NCBI GenBank assembly: GCA_964449385.1
Contig: CAYUYO010000003.1
Coordinates: 483 to 64,482 of the forward strand
Direction: 5' to 3'
From: an uncultured Candidatus Saccharibacteria bacterium
Lineage (GTDB): Bacteria; Patescibacteriota; Minisyncoccia; Minisyncoccales; CAYUYO01
DNA length: 64,000 bases
Shown here: one piece after another, positions 1-10,428 of the stretch
Numbering within the stretch: the stretch's first letter is position 1
Layout of the letters: the number at the start of each line of letters is the position of its first letter
Translations under genes and position numbers: made by a program
Notes under the pieces: generated by a model
What the model was told of the DNA's origin: nothing
The model's database searches: none
Seen by the model: only the letters and a program-made list of their open reading frames with translations

Positions 1-232
1 TCTCTAGTACGAGAGGACCGAGATGAACTGACCTCTGGTGTACCAGCTGTTCCGCCAGGAGCATTACTGGGTAGCTAAGTCGGGAACTGATAAGTGCTGA
101 AAGCATCTAAGCACGAAGCAGGACTCAAGATTAGGACTCATAGATTCCTCAGAGATTATGAGGTTGATAGGCTGTAAGTGTAAGGCGGGTAACCGCTTAA
201 GCTAAGCAGTACTAATAAATCATTAAATCTTC
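1..232 (+). rRNA. rrl: 23S rRNA, 3'-terminal ~230 nt (gene begins upstream of the window)
   Basis: Conserved domain VI strings read directly: GTACGAGAGGACCG at 7-20 and TAAGTGCTGAAAGCATCTAAGCACGAAGC at 91-119. The 3' boundary is approximate. Confidence 0.9.
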
Positions 233-271
233 TTGGCTGGCAATTAATGACCATGAGCCATAAATATATTT

Positions 272-384
272 TCCCGGTGATTATAGCGGTCGGGTACCAC
301 CTTTTCCCATTCCGAACAGAGAAGTTAAACCGACCTGCGCCGATGATATTGCTTATTAAGTGAGAAAGTAGGACGTTGCCGGGA
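272..384 (+). rRNA. rrf: 5S rRNA
   Basis: ~113 nt with terminal helix TCCCGG (272-277) / CCGGGA (379-384). Contains the conserved string CCCATTCCGAACAGAGAAGTTAAAC and lies ~40 nt after the 23S end. Confidence 0.9.
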
Positions 385-394
385 TTTTTAATAC

Positions 395-430
395 AAAAAA
401 ACTGCCCCTTGTATAAGAGGCAGTTTTTTT
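395..430. terminator. Bidirectional intrinsic terminator after 5S rRNA
   Basis: A-run 395-401, stem CTGCC (402-406) / GGCAG (419-423), T-run 424-430. Confidence 0.7.
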
Positions 431-441
431 ACTCACTTTTT

Positions 442-582
442 TTACTCACTTTCTTCTTCTAAGTCTTCGTCTGAATCTTTTTCTGAATCTTCGTCTGAGT
501 TTTCATTTAAATCTTCGTTATCTGTGGTTTCTTCGTCAATATCCTGATTAATAACAGGAGTAGAAAATTCGTTGTATGTCAT
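442..582 (-). CDS. Possible 46-aa hyper-acidic peptide (MTYNEFSTPVINQDIDEETTDNEDLNENSDEDSEKDSDEDLEEESE)
   Basis: ATG at 582-580 and TAA at 444-442, read by hand. It is below the ORF-track length cutoff, has no recognisable family, and ends at the bidirectional terminator. Confidence 0.3.
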   Translation of the reverse strand: MTYNEFSTPVINQDIDEETTDNEDLNENSDEDSEKDSDEDLEEESE

Positions 583-687
583 AAACAGTTTAGTGTTAAT
601 TTTAACGACCTTTTTAATATCTAAGGCCTATTATATTAATTCAGAAACCTCTGTCAAGAGTAGAAAATATGGGGTATAATAAGGACG

Positions 688-1482
688 ATGAAGCTGTCTC
701 CAAAGTTAAAAATCAGCATTATAATACTCTTTTTAGTTGTTTTTTTTCTTGTTTTAAATTTGACTAATTCTTCCAAAACAATTAAAAACTTTTTTTATTC
801 AATTTCCTCGCCGATTCAAAAAACTTTTTGGAAAGCTGGTGATAATATTTCTGGTTTTTTAAAAGCAATTTCCATAAATAGAGATTCAAAAAATGAAATA
901 GATAATCTTAAATTGACTATTGAAGAATTAAGAGCTGAAAATAATAAATTGAGAGAATTAAAACAAGAAAACGAGTTTTTAAGAGAATCTTTAGAAATAG
1001 GTTTGGAAAAAGAGTTTCAATTAAGTTTGGCTGAAGTTATTGGTAAAGATATTTCTGAAGATACACTTTTAATTAATAAAGGTTCAAACGATGGCATCTC
1101 TGAAAATTTTCCTGTTATCAACCAGCGAAAAGCCTTAATAGGAAGAATTGGCACAGTTTATAAAGATTTTTCAAAAGTTGTCTTAATTTCCAATAAAGAA
1201 AGTTTTTTTGATGCCGAAATTTCCGAAAAAGAAGTTCAGGGAATAATTAAAGGAAAAGGAGGAAATAAACTTTTATTAGATCTTATTCCTCTGGCTGCCG
1301 AAATTAATAAAGGAGAATTGGTGACTACTGCCTCCTTGGGTGGAATTTTTCCTAAAGGGCTTTTGGTTGGCGAAGTCAAAGAAATAATGAAAAATGATAT
1401 TCAACCATTTCAACAAGCGGAAATTGAGCCATCTTTTAACTTAGGAAATATAAAAATTTTATTTATTATTACTAATTTTTAA
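688..1482 (+). CDS. mreC: Rod shape-determining protein MreC
   Basis: N-terminal TM, coiled coil (LKLTIEELRAENNKLRELKQENEFL), then beta-barrel-type region (LINKGSNDGI, LIGRIGTV). Followed by mreD and PBP2. Confidence 0.85.
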   Translation: MKLSPKLKISIIILFLVVFFLVLNLTNSSKTIKNFFYSISSPIQKTFWKAGDNISGFLKAISINRDSKNEIDNLKLTIEELRAENNKLRELKQENEFLRESLEIGLEKEFQLSLAEVIGKDISEDTLLINKGSNDGISENFPVINQRKALIGRIGTVYKDFSKVVLISNKESFFDAEISEKEVQGIIKGKGGNKLLLDLIPLAAEINKGELVTTASLGGIFPKGLLVGEVKEIMKNDIQPFQQAEIEPSFNLGNIKILFIITNF

Positions 1483-1498
1483 TAATTAATTCTTCGCC

Positions 1499-1825
1499 AT
1501 GAAAAAGGTTTTAATTTTAGCCATATCTCTTTATATTTTAACCTTACTTCAGACCAGTTTTTTAATTCATTTTAATATATTTTTGAATAATTACTGGGTT
1601 TTTAATTTAGTTTTAGTTACAGTTTTTCTTATCAGTTTTTTTGCTTCTTATTATCAATGGCAGGGTGTTATGGCAGCCTTTATTGGCGGATTTTTTTTAG
1701 ATATTTTTTCGGAAAATTTTTTTGGATTTTATATTTTAATTTTAGTAATTCTATCTCTTTTTATTAAATTTGTTTTAAAAAAATATGTTCAAATTCCATC
1801 AATTAAAAGTAAAGCTGTATTCTGA
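1499..1825 (+). CDS. mreD: Rod shape-determining protein MreD-like membrane protein
   Basis: 108-aa polytopic hydrophobic protein in the canonical position between mreC and PBP2. Confidence 0.6.
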   Translation: MKKVLILAISLYILTLLQTSFLIHFNIFLNNYWVFNLVLVTVFLISFFASYYQWQGVMAAFIGGFFLDIFSENFFGFYILILVILSLFIKFVLKKYVQIPSIKSKAVF

Positions 1826-3662
1826 AACAGAAATTGAGCCGCACGAGATTCTCTTAGATAAACTTGCTCAAAAAAAAGAAGAAGAATTAGGTGTTTCAGA
1901 ACAAAAATTTGAAGTTCCCCTTCAAGAAAAAGTTTTGAAATTGTTTCTATTTTTTACTTTATTTTTAATTTTAGTTATTTTTGCCAAAACCTTTCAATTT
2001 CAAGTAGTTGAGGGCAAAAACCTTTCAGCTTTAGCTGAAAGAAATAAATTTATCATTCGTCAGATTCAAGCTGAAAGAGGAGTAATTTATGATAAAGACT
2101 TAAATCAACTGGTTTTCAATCAGCCGAGTTTTGATTTAATTTGCAGGAAAAATAATTTTTCAAAAGAAGAAGAAAAGAGAGAAGAGATTTTAAGGGAAAT
2201 TGCCGAGATTACTGGAAAAGAATTTGAGAGCTTAAAAGAAAAAATTGAAAAAAGTAAAGATTCTTTGGTAGTAATTTCAGAGAACCTTGACCATCAAACA
2301 CTAATAGTCCTTGAAACAAAAATTAAAGAACTTACCGGTTTTCAAATTGAAAACAATACGGTGAGGGATTATTTAGATGGTGCTGTTTTTTCACATTTAA
2401 TTGGTTATAAAAGAAAAACTGGGGAATTAACTGGTTTAGAAGAATTCTATAATGAAATATTAATAGAAAAACCAGGGGAAATTTTAACCGAAAGAAATGC
2501 TGAAGGAAATTTTATTTCAGAAGAAATCAGCAAAGTTCCGGAATCGGGAGATAGTCTGGTTTTATGGTTAGACTCTGGACTTCAGAAAAAAATTGAAGAG
2601 GAATTAAAAAAAAGACTAAAAGAAACCGGAGCAGAAGCAGGAACAGTAGTAGCTTTAGATCCGAAAACCGGAGGAGTTTTATCTTTAGTTAGTGTCCCAA
2701 GTTTTGACAATAATTTATTTTCTAAAGGAATGTCTGATGAAGAATGGGAGCAAATTAACAATAATCCTCTGAATCCGCTTTTTAATCAGGCTATTTCCGG
2801 AGAATATCCCACCGGTTCTAATATTAAACCTTTAACTGCTGCGGCAGCTTTAGAGGAAAAGATAATTTCTCCTGAAAAAAAGATTAATTGCTTAGGGGAA
2901 ATTAACGTTCCGGATTTTTGGAACCCGGAAAAAACTTGGGAGTATAAAGATTGGAAAGTCCACGGTTGGACAGATATGAGAAAAGCTATTGCGGAATCTT
3001 GTAATGTTTATTTTTATACAATTGGAGGAGGATATGAAGATCAGGAGGGACTAGGTCCTACCAGAATTAAAAAGTATCTTGAACTTTTCGGTTGGGGAGA
3101 AAAAACGGGAATTGACCTTCCGGGAGAAGAAAAAGGATTTATTCCCGACCCTGCTTGGAAAAAAGCAGTTAAAGGAGAGAATTGGTTAGACGGAGACACT
3201 TATCATTTATCAATTGGTCAGGGTTATCTTGGAATAACCCCTCTTCAGATGGCAACCAGTTTTGTGTCTATCGCCAATGGTGATAAATTGTTTCGTCCCC
3301 AAGTAGTAAAAGAAATCATTGATAAAGATAAAAACTTAATCAAAGAGATAAAACCTGAAATTATCAGAGAAGGATTTATTAAACCAGAGAACCTAAAAGT
3401 AGTTCGAGAAGGAATGAAGCAAGCAGTAACTAATGGTACGGCTACGGGCTGGTTGGACCAACTGAATGTTTCTGCTGCTTGTAAAACAGGAAGTGCTCAA
3501 ACCGAAAAAAAAGATATTTTGGATAATTGGATTACTGTTTTTGCTCCATATGATGAGCCTCAAATAGTTTTAACTATAATGATTAAAGATGTTAAGGAGG
3601 GTCAATCTGTAACCCAACCATTAGCTCAAAGAATTTTGGAGTGGTATTTTGCCTCAAAATAA
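1785..3662 (+). CDS. mrdA: Penicillin-binding protein 2 (elongasome transpeptidase)
   Basis: N-terminal TM, ERGVIYD dimerisation-domain motif, and transpeptidase triad SNIK (SxxK), SCN (SxN), KTGSA (KTG). Confidence 0.9.
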   Translation: MFKFHQLKVKLYSETEIEPHEILLDKLAQKKEEELGVSEQKFEVPLQEKVLKLFLFFTLFLILVIFAKTFQFQVVEGKNLSALAERNKFIIRQIQAERGVIYDKDLNQLVFNQPSFDLICRKNNFSKEEEKREEILREIAEITGKEFESLKEKIEKSKDSLVVISENLDHQTLIVLETKIKELTGFQIENNTVRDYLDGAVFSHLIGYKRKTGELTGLEEFYNEILIEKPGEILTERNAEGNFISEEISKVPESGDSLVLWLDSGLQKKIEEELKKRLKETGAEAGTVVALDPKTGGVLSLVSVPSFDNNLFSKGMSDEEWEQINNNPLNPLFNQAISGEYPTGSNIKPLTAAAALEEKIISPEKKINCLGEINVPDFWNPEKTWEYKDWKVHGWTDMRKAIAESCNVYFYTIGGGYEDQEGLGPTRIKKYLELFGWGEKTGIDLPGEEKGFIPDPAWKKAVKGENWLDGDTYHLSIGQGYLGITPLQMATSFVSIANGDKLFRPQVVKEIIDKDKNLIKEIKPEIIREGFIKPENLKVVREGMKQAVTNGTATGWLDQLNVSAACKTGSAQTEKKDILDNWITVFAPYDEPQIVLTIMIKDVKEGQSVTQPLAQRILEWYFASK

Positions 3663-4017
3663 AATAAATTAAAAGGTCGCAAATGTAATTAAAAAATAAA
3701 AGATAAAAAAAATGGGAATAGGATGGCAAAACAAAAAACGACTTAATAGAAAGTTGAAAAAGAGGGGTATTTTAAAAAATAAGTCAAAGAAAAAAAGGAA
3801 ATAATTAAAGTTTAGACTAAAACTAATAGAAATTAAATTGTCAGAAAAATTGGATGCTTTTAGAATACGGAGGGCTTATTATTTTAACTGTAACTATCAT
3901 ATAGTTGTTAGCAGGAAGAATTCCAGAGTATTTAATTATTATACTTTTGGATTCTGAAATATTGATTTTTTTCTTTTACTAAAAACAAGTGTGAATTTTT
4001 GCATTTGTCTTTTTCTT

Positions 4018-4046
4018 TTGACCTTCTTTTTAAAATAAAGTAGAAT
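4018..4046 (+). promoter_or_regulatory. Sigma70-type promoter of lysS (near-leaderless)
   Basis: TTGACC 4018-4023, 17-nt spacer, TAGAAT 4041-4046. The ATG at 4056 is only 9 nt after the -10. Confidence 0.55.
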
Positions 4047-4055
4047 TATACTAAC

Positions 4056-5519
4056 ATGGCAACGATTGATAAATTGAAAAAAAATAGATTAAAAAAACTG
4101 GAAGCAATTAAAAAAAGCGGTATTTTAGCTTATCCAGCTACTGTTAAAAGAACTCATAAAATATCTGATGCCTTAAAAAGTTTTTCTTCTATTTCTAGTC
4201 TCAAGAAGGAAGTAATTTTAGTAGGTCGTATTTATTCTTTAAGAGTACATGGTGGAGCAACTTTTTTTGATATTAATGATGGCTCAGCTAAAATTCAAGC
4301 TTATCTTAAAAAAGATAGAGTTGGAGAATTAGTTTACGAGTTTTTTTTGAATAATTTTGATATAGGAGATTTTATTGAAATAAGGGGAATTTTATTTAAA
4401 ACCAAAAAAGGAGAAAAAACTCTGGAAATAGCAGATTATAAAATATTGGCAAAATCCTTATTGCCCTTGCCTGAAAAATGGCATGGTTTAAAAGATGTCG
4501 AAGAAAGATTTAGAAAAAGGTATTTAGATTTAATTTTTAATCCTGAAGTAAAGAAGAAATTTGAAATTCGTTCGGCAATTATTAAAGAAATTCGCAATTT
4601 TTTAGAAAAAGAAGGATTTTTAGAAGTAGAAACTCCGATTTTACAGCCAATTTATGGAGGAGCACGAGCAAAGCCTTTTAAAACTCATCTTAATGTTTTA
4701 GATATTGATTTATATTTAAGGATTTCTCCGGAACTTTATTTAAAGAGATTACTTGTTGGCGGATTTGAAAAAGTTTATGAAATTGGAAAATGTTTTCGAA
4801 ATGAAGGAATAGACAGGGCGCATAATCCGGATTTTACTGAATTAGAATTTTATTGGGCCTATGCTGATTATAAAGATATGATGAAACTTACCGAAAAAAT
4901 GTTTGTTTCTGTTCTAAAAAAAGTTTTTGGTAAATTGGAAATAGAGCATGAAGGTAAAAAGATTAATTTTAAACCTCCTTGGCAGCGGATTGAATTTTAT
5001 CAATTGCTTAAAAAATATACCGGAATTAATTTAGATGAAATTAATCAGCCAGCTTTATATAAAAAAGCTATAGAATTGGGAGTTAAGATTGAAAAAGAAA
5101 GGGCTAAAGCTGAAATTGCAGATGAAATTTATAAGAAATTTTGTAGACCTAAAATTTTAAAGCCATGCTTTATCATTAATCATCCTTTAGGTTTTCAACC
5201 CTTAGCTAAATCCTTAAATGATAGACCTTTAAAATTGGCCAGTTTTCAACTTTTAGCCGGAGGAGTAGAACTTATTAATGCTTTTTCGGAACTTAATAAT
5301 CCCTTAGAACAAAGAAAAAGATTTAAAGAACAGGAAGAATCATTTAAATCTGGCTTAGAAGAAGCTCAAAGAATGGATAAGGATTTTGTAGAAGCCTTGG
5401 AGTATGGTATGCCGCCGGCCGCTGGATTTGGCATGGGAATTGACAGATTAGTTGCTTTATTAACTGATTCCCATAGCTTAAGAGAAGTAATTTTATTTCC
5501 AATAATGAAAGCTAAATAA
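4056..5519 (+). CDS. lysS: Lysine--tRNA ligase, class II
   Basis: OB-fold N-terminus plus class II motifs (FRNEGID, RAHNPDFTELEFYWAY, GFGMGIDRL). Confidence 0.95.
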   Translation: MATIDKLKKNRLKKLEAIKKSGILAYPATVKRTHKISDALKSFSSISSLKKEVILVGRIYSLRVHGGATFFDINDGSAKIQAYLKKDRVGELVYEFFLNNFDIGDFIEIRGILFKTKKGEKTLEIADYKILAKSLLPLPEKWHGLKDVEERFRKRYLDLIFNPEVKKKFEIRSAIIKEIRNFLEKEGFLEVETPILQPIYGGARAKPFKTHLNVLDIDLYLRISPELYLKRLLVGGFEKVYEIGKCFRNEGIDRAHNPDFTELEFYWAYADYKDMMKLTEKMFVSVLKKVFGKLEIEHEGKKINFKPPWQRIEFYQLLKKYTGINLDEINQPALYKKAIELGVKIEKERAKAEIADEIYKKFCRPKILKPCFIINHPLGFQPLAKSLNDRPLKLASFQLLAGGVELINAFSELNNPLEQRKRFKEQEESFKSGLEEAQRMDKDFVEALEYGMPPAAGFGMGIDRLVALLTDSHSLREVILFPIMKAK

Positions 5520-5528
5520 AATTTAATT

Positions 5529-6764
5529 ATGTTAGATATTAAATTTATTCGAGAAAATCCCGATAAAGTTAAAGAAGGATGTAGAAAAAAACAAGTTAAT
5601 GTTGATATTAATAAGCTTTTGGAATTAGATAAAAGCAAAAGAGAAGAACTTGAAAAAATAGAAAGATTGCGGGCTCAACAAAATAAGCTTGGTAAAAATG
5701 AAATTCAAAAAGCGAAAGAAATTAAAATTAAACTTAAAAAACTTGAGCCGGAATTAGAAAAAATAAAAAAAGAGTTTGAAGGATTAATGCTTAAAATTCC
5801 TAATTTGCCTTTTGATGAAGTATTACCTGGAGAGGGTGAAAAAGATAATTTAGTTTTAAGAGAAGTAGGGGAGAAAACGAAGTTTGAATTTCAGCCGAAA
5901 GATTATTTAGAAATTGCAGAAAACCTTGATTTGATTGATGTTAAAAGAGCGGCTAAAGTTTCTGGTAGCCGTTTCGGTTATTTAAAAAGACAAATTGCTT
6001 TACTTGAATTTGCTTTAATAAATTTTACTTTTGATATTTTAACTAAGCAAGGATTTATACCAATTATTCCTCCGGTGATGATAAAGCCGAGAATGGCCTT
6101 AGGTATGGGTTATCCTGAACAGTTTGATGGAGAAGAAGCTTATCATATAGAAAAAGATAACTTATTTTTAATTGCTACTGCTGAACAGTCCTTAGGTACA
6201 ATGCATGCTGATGAAATTCTTGAAGAGAAAGATTTACCACTAAGATATGCTGGTTTTTCTACTTGTTTCAGAAGAGAATCGGGTAGTTATGGTAAAGATA
6301 CTCGAGGAATCTTTAGAGTTCATCAATTTGATAAAATAGAAATGTTTAGTTTTTGCAAGCCAGAAGATTCTAAAAAAGAACATCAGTTTTTCTTACAAAT
6401 AGAGGAAAAACTAATGAGAAAATTAAAAATACCATATCGAATAATTAGAATATGTACTGGTGATTTAGGTTTTCCAGTAGCTTCCAAGTATGATATTGAA
6501 GCTTGGCTACCAAGCCAAAATTCTTATCGAGAAACCCATTCAACAAGCAATTGTACCGATTTCCAATCAAGAAGGCTTAATATTAGGTATCGAACAGTAG
6601 AAGGAAAAGGATTAAATTTTGTTCATACAGTAAATGGCACAGCTTTTGCTATTGGCAGAACTTTAATTGCCATTATTGAAAATTATCAGCAAAAAGATGG
6701 AACAATAATTGTTCCAGATGTATTGCAAAAATATTCAGGATTTAAGAAAATTTCAAGAGATTAG
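5529..6764 (+). CDS. serS: Serine--tRNA ligase
   Basis: MLDIKFIRENP N-terminal coiled-coil arm and class II core (FRRESGSYGKDTRGIFRVHQF, NGTAFAIGRTLIAIIEN). Confidence 0.95.
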   Translation: MLDIKFIRENPDKVKEGCRKKQVNVDINKLLELDKSKREELEKIERLRAQQNKLGKNEIQKAKEIKIKLKKLEPELEKIKKEFEGLMLKIPNLPFDEVLPGEGEKDNLVLREVGEKTKFEFQPKDYLEIAENLDLIDVKRAAKVSGSRFGYLKRQIALLEFALINFTFDILTKQGFIPIIPPVMIKPRMALGMGYPEQFDGEEAYHIEKDNLFLIATAEQSLGTMHADEILEEKDLPLRYAGFSTCFRRESGSYGKDTRGIFRVHQFDKIEMFSFCKPEDSKKEHQFFLQIEEKLMRKLKIPYRIIRICTGDLGFPVASKYDIEAWLPSQNSYRETHSTSNCTDFQSRRLNIRYRTVEGKGLNFVHTVNGTAFAIGRTLIAIIENYQQKDGTIIVPDVLQKYSGFKKISRD

Positions 6765-6800
6765 ATCCTATAATAATATTTTAATTTCAATAAATTTTCT

Positions 6801-7589
6801 ATGAAAGAGAAAATAGTTTTTATTAACAATTTAAGAATCAATTATAAAATTGCAGGAGATGGTCCTGTTATTTTAATTTTACACGGCTGGGGAGGTTCTT
6901 CTGATTCTTGGCTTTCTGTCCAGCAGATTTTAGCTGAAAATGGCTATAAAGTAATTTGTCCCGACTTACCCGGTTTTGGAAAAAGTTCCTTTCCGTCGAA
7001 AGGATGGGAAGTAACAGATTATACTAATTTTATATTGAGTTTCACTAAAGCAGTTAATTTGGAAAACTTTTTTTTACTTGGGCATTCACTTGGCGGAGGA
7101 TTATCTACTAAATTTACCGTTCTCTTTCCCGAAAAAATAAGAGCCTTAATTTTATGCGATGCTGCAGTTATCAGAAATAAGAAAAAGTTCAATTTTCGTC
7201 AAAGATTTGCTTTTTTCTTAACTAAAAGCAGCTATCCACTTTTTTCTACTCCGTTTTTTAAAAAAATAATTTATCCTTTGGCAAGAAAAATAATTTATAA
7301 AATTGCCGGTACTTCAGATTATTATTTAGCCAAGGGGACAATGAAAGAAACCTTTAAAAAAGTTTCAAATGAAGATTTAACTAATCTTGCTGCTCAAATT
7401 AAAATTCCTACCTTAATTATCTGGGGTAAAAAAGATAAAACTTTATCTTTAGAAAATGGTATTGCTTTAGGAAAAATAATTCCTAATTCAAAAATTGAAA
7501 TTATTGAAGGAGCTGATCACAACCCTCACAGGAAAAAACCTGAACAATTGTCTGAAATTATTCTTAAATTTTTAAAAGCAAGATTATGA
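6801..7589 (+). CDS. Alpha/beta-fold hydrolase
   Basis: HGWGGSS oxyanion region, nucleophile elbow GHSLGG, C-terminal GADHNPH. Confidence 0.8.
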   Translation: MKEKIVFINNLRINYKIAGDGPVILILHGWGGSSDSWLSVQQILAENGYKVICPDLPGFGKSSFPSKGWEVTDYTNFILSFTKAVNLENFFLLGHSLGGGLSTKFTVLFPEKIRALILCDAAVIRNKKKFNFRQRFAFFLTKSSYPLFSTPFFKKIIYPLARKIIYKIAGTSDYYLAKGTMKETFKKVSNEDLTNLAAQIKIPTLIIWGKKDKTLSLENGIALGKIIPNSKIEIIEGADHNPHRKKPEQLSEIILKFLKARL

Positions 7590-9160
7590 TTTTTGCTTTA
7601 AGTTTTTTTTGGCTTATTCGAGAAACAAAAGCAATTTTATTTTGGCTTTATCTTTGGCAACTAAAAGAATACCGCGTTCCTAGACTTTTAGCTCATTTTC
7701 AAACAGCTAAAGGAAAAGAACTTTTATTGAGTAAACTTATTTATTTAAAATTTTTTTTAGTTCTTGTTATTTTAAGTTCTTTTATATCTGGATTTTTTGA
7801 AAATATTCCAGAATTCCTGACAAGGCCCTCCTTTCTTCTTTTATATTTCGTTATTATTTTTGGAATTTTATTTTTTCTATATGTTGCTGAATCATTAAAA
7901 GCGTTGAAAGATTTTTTTGGGAAAAAACTAAAAGTTCCTATTTTAACTAAAAAAATTCTTTGTTTAATTCTAACTGGTTTGATAATAGAAATTTTGTTTC
8001 TTTTTATTCTTTTTAAGGGAATGATTTTTGTTTACCAAATGAATGTAGTATATATGTATCCCAAACTAATAATTGGTGATTCGTTTTATCCGCTTGGACT
8101 TTTAGTTTTTGATATTTTAACCCCATTGGTTGTTTCGATTATTGTTTTTCTTTTTCAGCCATTAGCAATTTTGTGGAGAAACCAAATTATTAAAAAAGCT
8201 AAGAAAAAGCGAGAAAAATTTAAAAATTTATTAGTAATCGGTATTACTGGGAGCTATGGCAAAACATCAACCAAGGAATTTTTAGCTACAATTTTGTCTG
8301 AAAAATTCAAAGTTTTGAAAACTAAAGAACATCAGAATACTGAAGTTGGCGTGCCTCAATGTATTTTGAATGATTTGAAACCCGAACACGAAATTTTTAT
8401 TTGCGAAATGGGAGCTTATAAAAGAGGAGAAATTAAGCTACTTTGCGATATTACTAAGCCTAAAATTGGCATTTTGACCGGGATAAACGAACAACATTTA
8501 GCTATCTTTGGTTCTCAGGAGAATATTATTAAAGGAAAGTATGAATTAATAGAAAGCTTACCTGAAGACGGGATAGCCTTTTTCAATGAAAAGGATAAAT
8601 ATTGTGTAGATCTTTATAAAAAAACAAAAATTAAGAAATTTCTTTACGGTCAAGAAACTGTTCAAAAAGGAGAAGAAAATATTTTGGGAGCTATGGCCGT
8701 TGCTCAAAAATTGGGAATGAGCCAGGAAGAAATTTCCAAATCCTGCGAAAAAATTAAAAATAAATTTGGAGGAATACAATTTAAAAATGGAATAAATGAA
8801 TTAAATATTCTTGATGCTACTTATTCGGCAAATCCTAATAGCGTAATTGCTCATTTAGAATACATAAAGACTTGGCCGGGAAAGAAAGTAATTATTATGC
8901 CCTGTTTAATAGAATTAGGCAGCACTTCTAAAGAAATTCATCAAAGAATAGGAAAGAAAATTGCTGAAGTTTGTGATTTAGCTATTATTATCACTAAAGA
9001 TAGATTTGAAGAGATTAAAAAAGAGGCAGGTAAGAAAGTAATTTTTTTGGAAAACTCAAAAGAAATTTTTGAAAAAATTAAAAGTTTTTGCCAAAAAGGG
9101 GATATAATAATTTTGGAAAGCCGGGTACCAGGTCAATTAGTTAAACAATTATTAAAATGA
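7586..9160 (+). CDS. murF: Mur ligase family protein, MurF-like, with ~210-aa polytopic membrane N-terminus
   Basis: Mur ligase P-loop GITGSYGKTSTKE at about aa 220, followed by central and C-terminal Mur ligase domains. The first ~210 aa are hydrophobic TM segments in place of the usual soluble N-domain. Confidence 0.7.
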   Translation: MIFALSFFWLIRETKAILFWLYLWQLKEYRVPRLLAHFQTAKGKELLLSKLIYLKFFLVLVILSSFISGFFENIPEFLTRPSFLLLYFVIIFGILFFLYVAESLKALKDFFGKKLKVPILTKKILCLILTGLIIEILFLFILFKGMIFVYQMNVVYMYPKLIIGDSFYPLGLLVFDILTPLVVSIIVFLFQPLAILWRNQIIKKAKKKREKFKNLLVIGITGSYGKTSTKEFLATILSEKFKVLKTKEHQNTEVGVPQCILNDLKPEHEIFICEMGAYKRGEIKLLCDITKPKIGILTGINEQHLAIFGSQENIIKGKYELIESLPEDGIAFFNEKDKYCVDLYKKTKIKKFLYGQETVQKGEENILGAMAVAQKLGMSQEEISKSCEKIKNKFGGIQFKNGINELNILDATYSANPNSVIAHLEYIKTWPGKKVIIMPCLIELGSTSKEIHQRIGKKIAEVCDLAIIITKDRFEEIKKEAGKKVIFLENSKEIFEKIKSFCQKGDIIILESRVPGQLVKQLLK

Positions 9161-10428
9161 GTTTTTTATCACCAATTTCAACATCTTTATCACCAAACAC
9201 CGAAAATGACGATATTCGACTATCTTTTAAATTACTTTTTCAGCCTTGGAAATTTAAGAAAGGCGTAGCCGTTAGACAATTAGAAGAAGAATTTAAGAAA
9301 TATTTAAAAGTAAAATATTCTTTTTCTTTTAATAGCGGGCGATCTGGTTTAATGGCAATTTTAGATGCTTTAGATATAAAAAAATGCGATGATGAAATTT
9401 TACTTCAAGCTTTTACCTGTAATGCAGCGGTAAATCCTATTTTAGAAAGAGGGGCTAAGCCAATTTTTGTAGATATTGACGATACTCTTAATTTAGATCC
9501 AGAAGATTTAAAGAAAAAAATTACTTCTAGATCAAAAGCAGTTATTATCCAGCATACTTTTGGTTGGCCTGCTGAAGGGATTGAGGAAATTTTAGAGATT
9601 GTTAAGAGAAATAATTTATATTTAATTGAGGATTGCGCTCATAGTTTAGGAGCAAGATATAAAGGCAAACCTTGTGGAACTTTTGGAGATATTGCTTTTT
9701 TTAGTTTTGGTAGGGATAAAATAATTTCTTCGGTATTCGGTGGAATAGTAGTGACTAATAATGAAAAATTAGCTGAGAGAATAAAAAAATTTCAAGAAAA
9801 AATTGATTACAATTCAAATTTATGGATCTTTCAACAGTTATTACATCCAGTTTTAATGAATTATTTAATTTTGCCAGCTTACAAATTAAATGAATATTTA
9901 GGAAAAGTTTTTTTAGTAGCTTTTCATAAACTTTTAATTTTATCAAAATCGGTTTACAAAAAAGAAAAAAGAGGAAAAATTCCTAAATATTTTCCTAAGA
10001 AGTTTCCTAATAGCTTAGCTATTTTAGCTTTAAATCAGTTTAGAAAATTAGAAAAGTTTAATAAACACCGAAGGAAAATAGCTGATTTTTATGAAAAAGA
10101 ATTAAAAAATACTGATTTTATTTTGCCATTTAATAAGCATATTAAAGATAGAATACCAGTTTTTATGCGTTATTCGATTTTAACTAACTTTAATACAAAT
10201 GAAATTTTAATAGAAGCGAGAAAAAGAAAAATTTTTTTAAATGATGGCTGGCGAAAAAAACCTATAGTTCCTCCTGATACCGACCTAGAAAAAATTGAAT
10301 ATGTATTAGGAAGCTGTCCTAAGGTAGAAAAAGTTGCTGAAAAAATTTTAAATTTACCGACTCATATAAATATTTCAGAAAAACGGGCTAAAAGAATTGT
10401 TAATTTTCTAAAAAATTATGGAAATTAA
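9157..10428 (+). CDS. DegT/DnrJ/EryC1/StrS-family PLP aminotransferase
   Basis: IIQHTFGWPA, EDCAHSLGA and the FSFGRDKIIS lysine motif are typical of the sugar aminotransferase family. 4-bp overlap with the murF-like gene. Confidence 0.8.
   Translation: MSFLSPISTSLSPNTENDDIRLSFKLLFQPWKFKKGVAVRQLEEEFKKYLKVKYSFSFNSGRSGLMAILDALDIKKCDDEILLQAFTCNAAVNPILERGAKPIFVDIDDTLNLDPEDLKKKITSRSKAVIIQHTFGWPAEGIEEILEIVKRNNLYLIEDCAHSLGARYKGKPCGTFGDIAFFSFGRDKIISSVFGGIVVTNNEKLAERIKKFQEKIDYNSNLWIFQQLLHPVLMNYLILPAYKLNEYLGKVFLVAFHKLLILSKSVYKKEKRGKIPKYFPKKFPNSLAILALNQFRKLEKFNKHRRKIADFYEKELKNTDFILPFNKHIKDRIPVFMRYSILTNFNTNEILIEARKRKIFLNDGWRKKPIVPPDTDLEKIEYVLGSCPKVEKVAEKILNLPTHINISEKRAKRIVNFLKNYGN

Noticed and set aside
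3840-4055. T-box or lysine riboswitch upstream of lysS.
   Set aside because: There is no T-box 14-mer (AGGGTGGNACCGCG-like), no specifier/antiterminator architecture, and no L-box-like multi-helix junction. The lysS promoter sits 9 nt from the ATG, leaving no leader.
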